Below are positions 12,167-21,517 of a stretch of 64,000 bases of DNA, one piece after another; positions within the stretch are counted from its first letter, which is position 1, and each line of letters begins with the position of its first letter. This DNA is from Rhizophagus irregularis (lineage: Eukaryota). A program made the position numbers and the translations under genes. The stretch covers positions 1,736,001-1,800,000 of the forward strand of contig NC_089435.1 of NCBI RefSeq assembly GCF_026210795.1. The letters are read 5' to 3'. Below the pieces are notes generated by a model. It was not told where the DNA came from, did no database searches, and worked only from the letters and a program-made list of their open reading frames with translations.

Positions 12167-12604
12167 ATGTCTTTCAACCAGGTATACACTGAACTACTAG
12201 TTATATTACCAGCTTCTGTAATACATGAGGCATGGATTCGTCTCACAACAAGGAAGCGCAGTCCACTATCTGTGTCTGATGCCAGTGGAGTAAATTCCAT
12301 GGTAGAGTTATTTTTGAAACATGAAGTAGAAAGATACCAGAAAAAATTAGCACGTCAGAGACTAACTGTTAAACAGACATATATGCCAAGAAACAGAATG
12401 ACACAAGACATGATTAGTGAAGAGGTTTCCATACTTCAGAAGCACTTGCTTGAATATAATAAAGTTACTTTTGGCCGATTCATGCAGAACCTTACTAAAG
12501 AACATGAGAAATTGATCAAGACAAATCATCAGATACGACATGAAATTGATACCATGAAGAAGCAAGTACGAGAAATAGAAAAAAAACTTGCTTCCATGTC
12601 GTAG
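12167..12604 (+). CDS. Hypothetical protein with C-terminal coiled coil (element A)
   Basis: 145-aa ORF with ATG start and heptad-like C-terminus. Confidence 0.6.
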   Translation: MSFNQVYTELLVILPASVIHEAWIRLTTRKRSPLSVSDASGVNSMVELFLKHEVERYQKKLARQRLTVKQTYMPRNRMTQDMISEEVSILQKHLLEYNKVTFGRFMQNLTKEHEKLIKTNHQIRHEIDTMKKQVREIEKKLASMS

Positions 12605-12659
12605 TTCCCATTATTCATCAAGAAATAGACGAATGGGTACTGTTGCTTCACTCAAATTT

Positions 12660-12790
12660 TGTGTGGACTGCGCATGGGATTTTTTTACTGTGCATAGACT
12701 TTGCATGGACTTTGCATGGGAAATTTTAACTGCACATGGGCTTTGCATGGGCTTTGCATGGGACTTTTTTACTGCACATGGATTTTTTTG
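12660..12790. repeat. Short imperfect tandem repeats (TTTGCATGGRC / ACTGCACATGG units)
   Basis: Recurring TGCATGG units between convergent genes. Confidence 0.7.
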
Positions 12791-12858
12791 TAAAAAATGT
12801 TGTCTAAGATTAGAAGGATATGGGAATTCCTTCCCACAATGCTGACAGGTACGATCAG

Positions 12859-13800
12859 CTAGTTTTTTTTTATAGGCTGGCTATCTACTGCAAAAACATT
12901 ACGTTGTGCCTTATGTACAGAGAGAGGAATTGAGACAACCTGTCCATTTACATTTGCTTTGAACTCACCCTTTACTACAGGTTCCCAACCTGCACGATAC
13001 TGCCACTGTGTACCAAGTATTAGCAATGATTTGTCCTTACCATTTCGATCCTTCTCGGTAGGTATAACAGAGAATTCGTCTGATATAGTGACTGTATTTG
13101 TACCTTCACCAATAGTTATAGGAATTTCATTGATAGTGCCAAGAGTTTTGGTTGATCCAGCTACACCATTAAGTGCATGTATATTCTTTCGATCTATTTT
13201 GAGACCTAGATGCTTAGCTACATTCTCAGAGATTACTGAAGAGTCAGACCCTGTATCGATCATAGCATAGGGTATGCATACATTTTTGATTTTACAGGAA
13301 ATGGTCGCTACATCATTGGGATCATCTAACTGGAGAAAGTTGATTTCTAAGGGTCTTGACCAGTATAGGTTTTTCTGCTGATAGGCACGTATTGCATGGT
13401 TCAGTGTTTTGTCTTCTTTCTGTTCTACTTCAGATGGTACATCTGCAGGAGAAGTTGGTAATAGTGGAGTTGCTGTATTTACAGCATGAGCTAGAGGAGA
13501 TAAAATGTCTTGCATATTTGCTGAAAAAACATCCCAGAGTTTCTTTCTTTCACTAACTGGATAGTCACTAACAAAATGGTTTAAAAGCGGGTCTTTCAGA
13601 TTCTCATATGCTTAATTGGTATAAGCATTAATCTGTAGGAGGATTTCTTTAGAACATTGTGCTGCTAGTGAAGCAATTATAGACTTCAGTGCTGCATGAA
13701 AGACTTCATCAGTTTTCTTGAGAATAGGTTCTCTTTTAGATTTGGAAGTACGGGATTTTTTCCCTTTGGTTTTTACCGAAACTCCACGTTGATGAGTTTT
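12859..13800 (-). pseudogene. Element A retropepsin-like aspartic protease in the -1 frame relative to gag
   Basis: AMIDTGSDSSVIS, GVAG flap, LILGTQW. The frame runs back to the A10 run at the gag end with one TAA (likely CAA>TAA). Confidence 0.88.
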
Positions 13801-15818
13801 TTTTTTACACTAAAGCAATTCTGAGGTTCATCCTCCTCCTCTTCTTCTTCAGCTAACTCTTCCTCAGTTTCTTCATCAGTTTCCTCATCACTTTCAGATT
13901 CTTCATAGTCAACTATGTGAGTATTGTTAACTTTCTTAGCACGTCTACTCTGTGGACACTTGTTCTTGGAATGACCTGTTCTACCACAGTTTGAGCAATG
14001 ACATTTAGGAGAAGATTTGGTTGTCTTTGTCACCTTTTTAACCTGACCAGTTCCGAAGTGATCTCTTCTTAGATGTTGTGTTTGTCCACCTAACTTTCTG
14101 GTAAGATCACTCTCAATGAAAGTATGTATTGCTACAGGATTTGTTATGTCACCAGTATAGCCAAGACGTACTGCTATATCTGCAAACTTTTCTAATGCAG
14201 TTCTATTCTGTGGTTGTTCTACTATAGTGGTTGGATTTTTTCACCCTCCACTTTCATACCATTTATTACGCAACTCATTAAAGAAAGCATCAAGATCAGC
14301 AGGAGCAGCAATTCTAATTCTCATTTCTAAAGCATCAGGCAAATGATTATATAGATAAGGTAAAATTTCAGCATATACTTGTCCTTGTGCTAATGATCGA
14401 ATTCTTTTTGCATATGTATCTGGTGTATCTATAGGAGAAAATGATTCATTCATGAGTGCTATTATAGCACCTTGATTTGTTCCAACCATCACATCTCTAT
14501 ATTTTCCTTGCAGCCAGTTTAGAAACTCTAGTTCTGTATTAATAGCAGCATTGCCATTATATGGATTATTTACTGGAACAGGAATAAATCTACCAGACAT
14601 TTTATTTTTCATGACATTGCACCTCATAGCAGCATTAAAACCAGCAAAAGCTAGTGGACGAGCCATCTCATTGACAGCTCTAAGCTTTTGATAATAAGAG
14701 TCTGGCGGCTCTTGTCCATCATAAAATGGTAACTGTGCAAGACCTGGTGATATAGTATGCATGACATCTTGTATTGTAGCCATGTTTGAAGGATTGTTTT
14801 GTAACGCTAATATTTGTTGTTGTAAATTTAAAATATTTTGGGCCTGTGCTTGTACCTGGGTCTGTGAAATCCTATATTGTCTTTGCCAGTTTTGTGCCTG
14901 ACGTATACAACCTGCATGCCTTCTTCTCCAACGTTCTGTATCAGCATTATAACGTAACATCAGCCTGTGTGCATTCCTTCGATGCTCAGCTATCTGATTC
15001 TGTTGGTTTGCCAGTTGTGCATCTTTGCGTCTATTTAGAAAACGTATACCTAGATTGGCTATTTGTATTCCTGCAATACGTGCTTGATTCTGTTGTGCAA
15101 CAGTTTCCCAGTGTCTACGAGCATTTCTCTCATATGTAAAATCATCACGTACTCTTATTAAGTCTTGATTAAGAGCATTTGTACGATCTAAAGATTCTCC
15201 AAGTAATGTCTGCAATCCTTCTATCTGATTTAGTTAGTCTACACCAATTTCTTGCATTAGAGCAGCTTGACGAATAATTTCATCAAGACTTTGAGTGGTA
15301 GCATTAAAGACATCATCTATGTCTTGTGGAATTGGAATCCTATTCCGATCAAAAAATAGTCTAATCTCAGACACACAATCTGCAACTGCCCATCGGCGGT
15401 CTAGTATTCTTAGAATAGGATTGAATAATTCATTATCTTCATCCATTTCTATCTTTCCTTTACATAAAGATAATTCTTGAATGCGTTTTTTGAGTTTATC
15501 CACTGTGTCTTCAAGCTGAATGATACGTTCATCCTGGGCAACAAGTGCCTCTTCCTTTAACTCTAAGTGATCTCGATACTTTCCAAGTTCAACTAAAGTG
15601 GACTGACACTCTGCCTTTAACTGATCGATCTCATCCTCACGTGAAACAAGATTTTTTTCAAGATAGAAGATATATCGTTCACATGCCTCTATCTCCTTTG
15701 TGAGTTTACGGATTTTCTCCTTATTGGAAATATTATTTGTTTCCTCTAATATCAGCTCTTTACGTAAAGCAAAGTTGCTATTTAGCAGATCAAGATATGC
15801 CGATTCAATACCCATCAA
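13773..15818 (-). pseudogene. Element A Gag-like polyprotein (coiled coil + capsid-like + CCHC knuckle), two premature stops
   Basis: ORFs 15234-15818, 14241-15215 and 13773-14033 share one frame, separated by TAA and TGA; motifs LPFYDGQEPPDSY, PDTYAKRI and CSNCGRTGHSKNKC. Confidence 0.8.
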
Positions 15819-15862
15819 TTCCTATTATTAAAATAGATTCTGATGAAGCATGAAATGTAGAG

Positions 15863-16906
15863 GTGACTTCGACTTTATGTAGAATATTTTATCAACCATC
15901 TGGATATCAGAGGACTGCCAAAAAATTGTATGAGACATCACAAAATGCTGGATATGATTTCACCTTAGATGAAGTGCAGGATTGGCTTGAAAGACAGGCA
16001 GTACATCAAGTTCACAAACCTCATCCCCGATTTATCCCTCGTGTAAGTTTTAGTTCTATACAAGTTCCCAATGAAGTTCATCAAGCTGACATTTTGTATA
16101 TGCCATATGACAAGGTTGGACATGTGACTTATCTTTTCTGTCTCAATATAGTTGATATAGCATCGAGGTATAAAGAAAGTGTCCCTATAGGTTCAACCAG
16201 TGTTAAAGATCGACAGGGAATCCTAACTTCTCATACTATTGCTTGGGCTTTTGAAAAGGTATATGATGATACAACATGTCCGCTCACTTGGCCAAAATTA
16301 TTGATTACAGATAGGGGTTCAGAGTTTAAAGGTGAGTGTGAAAAGTTGATGACTTCCCATGGTGTAAAGATTCAGAAGGCCAAGTCTAAGCGTACTGTTG
16401 GCATTGTGGAGCGATATAACCGTACCTTGGTTGAGAAACTATTTCCCTCTCAAGATGCATCTGACTTACTAACTTTAGGTAAAACGAGATCTCGAATCTG
16501 GGTAAAAAACTTGCCTATTGCTGTAGAAAGTATAAATAACTCAGTGACCCAACAACTTGGTATATCTTCTGTTGTAGCTATAAAAAAATCACGAGTGTCT
16601 TCCAGATCTTCTTATCCTCGTGATGGACCTGTTGGGTATGAAAAGGAGAAACTACCACCTGATATAAGTGTAAGGTACTTACTTGAACCAAATGATCTGG
16701 AAGGTGGAAGACGTCGAGCAGGAGATATGAATTGGTCACCTAAGATTTATTATATCCATATGTCTTTAACACAGAAAAATCAACCAGTTTTGTACTGGCT
16801 TATTGATGATGATGGTAAAGAATCAGAGAGATCCTTTGTGAGGGAAGAACTTTTGGTTATACCAGATGATACAGAACTTCCACCACAATGGGTACTTATG
16901 AATTAA
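15863..16906 (+). CDS. Polinton-type c-integrase (rve), element A; 5' end decayed
   Basis: HQADILYM, LITDRGSEF, VERYNRTL DDE core; N-terminal YQPSG..KLY..VQDWL as in Polinton integrases. Confidence 0.92.
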   Translation: MTSTLCRIFYQPSGYQRTAKKLYETSQNAGYDFTLDEVQDWLERQAVHQVHKPHPRFIPRVSFSSIQVPNEVHQADILYMPYDKVGHVTYLFCLNIVDIASRYKESVPIGSTSVKDRQGILTSHTIAWAFEKVYDDTTCPLTWPKLLITDRGSEFKGECEKLMTSHGVKIQKAKSKRTVGIVERYNRTLVEKLFPSQDASDLLTLGKTRSRIWVKNLPIAVESINNSVTQQLGISSVVAIKKSRVSSRSSYPRDGPVGYEKEKLPPDISVRYLLEPNDLEGGRRRAGDMNWSPKIYYIHMSLTQKNQPVLYWLIDDDGKESERSFVREELLVIPDDTELPPQWVLMN

Positions 16907-17273
16907 GATAGTCTTCTACCTCATCATCTGCTTGGGAGTCTGTGAGGAAGTAGTCTTTTGCCAATTCATAGTATAACCTGTATAGCTTATTAATAGCAGA
17001 CAAAAGTTTTGGCTCTCTGCTATACCAGGTCTTATAATTTTCCAAGATTTGCTGATACTTTGTCTCATTAGGTAGAATAGATTGTGCTGTTTCAAGAACA
17101 AAATTTTCTGGTTCTTCTGCTTGACGCAATTTGATTATCCTTTGTTTGTAACATAACATGAATTTACCATCCTTTGGTTTTTTGTAAAGGATGCCTGCTT
17201 TAATTACAGCAATTAGAGCTGATTCAATTTCACGGTATGTTGGCTTAGCTGGTATAGCTTGGGTAGACATCAT
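16896..17273 (-). CDS. Uncharacterised helical protein, homologous to element B ORF 26473-26943
   Basis: Aligns by eye with the element B protein along almost its full length. Confidence 0.75.
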   Translation of the reverse strand: MMSTQAIPAKPTYREIESALIAVIKAGILYKKPKDGKFMLCYKQRIIKLRQAEEPENFVLETAQSILPNETKYQQILENYKTWYSREPKLLSAINKLYRLYYELAKDYFLTDSQADDEVEDYLNS

Positions 17274-17325
17274 TTTTATATCATGTAAAGTTTTTTTTAA
17301 TTTAACTTATTTATACTTAATAAAA

Positions 17326-17562
17326 ATGATTGGAGAATATACTTGTGAATATTTACATAACACAGGAAAGCCTTGTGGTCGTCCTTGTGTGAGGCCAGAA
17401 GGTTGTCGCATTCATTGGAAGACAAAATCACGCTTTCCTTGTGCTGTATGTGGTAAACCTACAGGTTCATCTAGTGGTCGATGTCAATCTCATATTGGGA
17501 GTTACTATCAAAATCGGTATGAAAATAGGCTTCGTCAAAGAATCAGAGCAATTTATGATTAG
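17326..17562 (+). CDS. Small Cys/His-rich zinc-finger protein (element A)
   Basis: AAAAATG start; CEY..PCGRPC..GCRIH and CAVC..RCQSH. Confidence 0.65.
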   Translation: MIGEYTCEYLHNTGKPCGRPCVRPEGCRIHWKTKSRFPCAVCGKPTGSSSGRCQSHIGSYYQNRYENRLRQRIRAIYD

Positions 17563-17569
17563 GGTTAAA

Positions 17570-17998
17570 TTTTGGTTAGACTTCATTGTCTCAGATTTTT
17601 TCATATTGCAGGGGAAGCTTTACAATATGTCTAGTTGTCTTCCTGCTGTATATTTTTTGGTTAGACCTTGGACGGATTTTTGGTTAGACTTTTGGTTAGA
17701 CCTGTTGTCCCAGATTTTTTCGTATTGCAGAAAAAGCTTTACAATATATCTAGTTACCTTCCTGCTATACATTTTTTGGTTAGACCTGGGTTGGATTTTT
17801 GGTCAGACTTCGCTGTCCCAGATTTTTTCGTATAGGAGGAAAAGCTTTAAAACATATCTAGTTGCCTTCCTGCTATACATTTTTGGTTAGACCTGGGTTA
17901 GATTTTTGGTTAGACTTCGCTGTCCCAGATTTTTTCGTATAGCAGGAAAAGCTTTACAATATGTCTAGTTGCCTTCCTGTTAAAAATTTTTGGTTAGA
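17570..17998. repeat. ~107-bp tandem repeat, about 4 copies, subterminal in element A
   Basis: Repeated TTTTGGTTAGAC..CTGTCCCAGATTTTTTCGTAT..AAGCTTTACAATATGTCTAGTT..TTCCTG. Confidence 0.9.
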
Positions 17999-18953
17999 GC
18001 ATAAATGGCTTAAATCATCGAATGAATCCATTTTAGAGTATCATAAAAATAGTATGCCACAATGGATTGCTGAATCGTGCCATCGGTATTACAGACACTT
18101 CGTGTCCTTCATACCTTTGGCACTTATAAAGGCAATCTGATATAGCATAAAATTATAATACCCTGGAATGGATCCATGCGTGGTAATAATGCCTAGGAAT
18201 ATATGATTTTAATCTTATCTACAACACTTGGGGGTTCTTTTTTAGCTATCAAGTATTAACATATCGGGAATCAAGGTTAGGTGGTCTGGGGATAGAAAAA
18301 CAGGTATAGTGTTATCATATCAGAAAACAAGGCTAGGTGGTCTGGGGGTACACTAAATTATGGTTAGACCTATGTGATAGCCGCTGTCCCAGAACCCCCA
18401 AGTTTGCCCTACTACTGATATTACTTCTAATGTACAGGATTAAAGAAGATTTATACTTCACAAATTTTTATAATTGTAAAGAATAATTGTAAAATAAAGG
18501 TATCATAATAGATTCTGCATTCCAAAGCTTTAACTTCATCTGTCAATATAATATGTAGTTAATGAAATAACAAAGCAAAGCCATATTTACTGGCTAGTAT
18601 TATAGTATGTTATTATTCTAATTAATGGACAAATAAATATTTTTCTATCTTGTTTGGGGAATAAAAAATTCAGAAGGAGCAATAAAATAATAGTATATTT
18701 TTTTATATATACTATGACTATCTTAACTTTAGTTATTGATGTTGAAATATTGTGGATAAGCAAATAAAAAAGGAATATGTTGTTTAAAAGAAGTAATTGT
18801 CCAATTATATTAAAAAGAAGTAAATATTTATTTAGTTTGAAATTTCAATCATAACATCAAAATTTGTTTTATATGATTAGTTAAATAATTACTGGATCGA
18901 GTTGTAAATCTTTTTAAAGTTGAGGTTTGAATTGGGTAAATAGTTGCCTAATT

Positions 18954-19154
18954 ACACACGTCAAATGATCAAAAATAGGCAAAAAAATGGCGCAAATCGC
19001 ATAAACTATTCGCAAATTTGTATAAACTATTTACAAATAGTATAGGTTAATTCGTAAATAGCCAAAAACAGCCAAGAATAGCCAAGAATAGCCAAGAATA
19101 GCTACTGCTTTTCGCGCCATTTTTTTTGCCAATTTTTAGCATTTCGACCTGTGT
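18954..19154. mobile_element. MITE-like element with ~45-bp imperfect inverted ends
   Basis: ACACACGTCAAATG..GGCAAAAAAATGGCGC versus GCGCCATTTTTTTTGCC..CATTTCGACCTGTGT; internal GCCAAGAATA repeats. Confidence 0.65.
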
Positions 19155-19160
19155 TAGTAT

Positions 19161-19780
19161 TGTTACAATGAAAAACAATGCGACGAAGTCACGTGATATA
19201 ACCGATGATCAATGGTAATTACCGGGATAATTGGTATTACCAATGTGTGATTGTATGATCAACGTCATATAGCGGGAAGATTAATGTTCGAAATGTTTAT
19301 ATTAAATATATTGCACATATTGCACATATGGTATATATGGCATATATTAAACATTTTAAACATTTTTAGTTTAGTGTTTTTGCTTATAAATAGACGCGAT
19401 GTTTTTCGATGTAATTAGATAGGTATCCAAGTCAATAAGATATTTACCGATATTAAATAAAAACATATTTTATTATTTATAATATCTTTGGTTATCTCAT
19501 TGTTTATTTTATAGTTTGTTATAATTGTGAGTCAATATTGCGTCTGAGTGTATATGCCTGTGTGTGCAATACCGTATTCGAATTTGACTGAAATTTTATT
19601 TTGTTTTATTGTGTAACCTTCGTAAATCGATTGACAGTGATACATTTACTAATATTTACATATAGTTATTTTCACTTTGCGTTCATTAATATTATTTAAC
19701 ATTTATTTTATTCAATTATCCTTCTGCTTACCATACACCCATACGCTTATTTTTATAAGCATACAAGAACTGGCTTAACA
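19161..19780 (+). repeat. 5' LTR of Gypsy 2 (620 bp)
   Basis: Near-identical to 41430-42061. Confidence 0.96.
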
Positions 19781-19783
19781 AAT

Positions 19784-19801
19784 TGGTGCCTTCTGCCAGA
19801 A
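19784..19801 (+). promoter_or_regulatory. Primer-binding site of Gypsy 2
   Basis: TGGTGCCTTCTGCCAGAA 3 nt after the LTR; resembles the complement of a tRNA-His 3' end (unverified). Confidence 0.75.
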
Positions 19802-19835
19802 ATCATCTGAATCCCTATTTTAATCCTTTCTTTTT

Positions 19836-21006
19836 ATGTTCCAAAACCATTTTAATCGCAACGCTATACACGACGCTATACATAGACAATTAGGGCTAAA
19901 TAATATAGCTGCTTATCATCGTGATCTATCGTGTAATAATTGTTACCCATCTGAGATTCCCTTAATCCCCACTTTTCAACACTTTTTGGATTGGATTTCT
20001 TCTAATTATCCGGTTATAGAATATACCCGATACACTCAACAATACTTTAAAGAGGTTGCTTATTCGATTACTAACGCGGATATTGACAACGCCATACATA
20101 ACCTATTGTTCAATATCCAATACACTGATATAGAACCAATAGATTATACCCTTTTGCGTCAGGATCTTATTAACGCCTATAATCTAACTAACGGATTTCA
20201 GCAAGATCCTAACGAAGTCCTTTATCAAGTCAGCGAAACTACTACCTCACCAGAACCTGAAGTTTTAAGTGACACTACGTCAGAAAACTCTGAGAAAGAT
20301 ATTCCCCAATTGCATATTCTCTTACCATCTATATATAATACCCCGAATAACCCAGCTCCAGTAATCCTACCTTTGAATAATATGGCCCAACCTAATCAAC
20401 AGGACTTTCAACAACTGCGAGTTGCCATTGCTGCTTTAACCCAAGCGTTGCCTAATACTAACAATGCTTTGGTTGGAAATACCCAAGCGATTAATAACTC
20501 TCTACGTCGAGAAGGTAAAGTAGCTGATTTACCCCATTTTTACGGTAGTAATCAGGACCCGGTCGCATGGTTAGAAGACTTTACTAGATCTTGTAATGCG
20601 AATGGTATCACAAACGGATGAAAATTAGAAGTTGTACCAGCCTATCTAAAGGGTGCCGCCTCCACATGGTGGAATACTAACCAAGCATTATAACCTGAAT
20701 AGGATTATTGCATGGACCGGTAATAATAATAATACCAATTTTGTTCAGAACTTCCCTACGGCATTTCGAACCCAAACGTTAGTCGAAACCTGGACCACCG
20801 AATTGGAACAAAGGCGTTAGCAACCTGGCGAAGACGTCAACACTTATGCCGCTGCGTTACAAGAATTGTATAGAAGAGTTGAGACGAATGCCTTTGTTTA
20901 TCCTGACGCTATAAAGGTACGAAAGTTTGTCAACGGTTTATTACCGGACTTATATGTAACTGTCAAACCACACAATGACCAGACGTGGAATGGCGCCGTG
21001 GATAGG
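19836..21006 (+). pseudogene. gag: Gypsy 2 gag, 5' part
   Basis: HxxxH..CNNCYP, FYGSNQDPVAWLEDF, QPGEDVNTY, KFVNGL; stops and a frameshift; cut at AVDR by element B. Confidence 0.9.
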
Positions 21007-21488
21007 GTCGTCGGGCTGGTAGTGTGCCTCGCTAGCGCTCACCCCACCTCGGCCAGAGCCTCGCAGTACCTACATCCCCCTCCGTGGGGCAGGGAACCCC
21101 CCATAGATCCTCCACAATTCTCCACATAGATCCTCCACAAAAATATATAACAAAAAAGGATAAAATAAGGGAAAAGAGAGGAAAATAAGAGGGAATCGGA
21201 GAAGTGTGGAGGATGTGGAGGATGTGGAGGACGTTTTAAAAAAATCGGGAGAGGGATCCCCCCAGAAAAAAGTTTTGATTTTACCCCCCAGATCCTCCAC
21301 ATCTTCCACATCTTCCACACGTACAGGATTCCATTCATTTTCCTATTGGAAGCAATGAGATAGCAAACCAGGTAAGTTATTAGCAGGTAAGTCCCTAGAA
21401 GGCCTGTAGAGCCATAGAGATATAACCGGGTAGGAGCGCGGATCTTTGGAAAAAATATATTCGGCAATTGAAGATTAGGTAACTATAA
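21007..21488 (+). repeat. Left TIR of element B
   Basis: Reverse complement of 35452-35933; by eye 1 substitution and 2 compensating homopolymer indels. Confidence 0.97.
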
Positions 21489-21517
21489 ATTAGTACTCGA
21501 TTTGATAGAACGAAAAA

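Larger units (their letters stand above)
10195..18416. mobile_element. Polinton/Maverick-like element A (right part; decayed), encoding Gag-protease
   Basis: Dense intronless ORFs: pPolB, gag-pro, c-integrase and small ORFs; subterminal tandem repeats; putative terminus ...GCCCTACTACT followed by AT-rich host DNA. Confidence 0.85.

Noticed and set aside
17441..17890. 149-aa hydrophobic ORF
   Set aside because: It is a translation of the 107-bp tandem repeat.
21039..21467. ORFs of 142 and 82 aa in the TIRs (mirrored at 35473-35901)
   Set aside because: They derive from low-complexity GGAGGATGT repeats and differ by frameshifts between the two TIRs.
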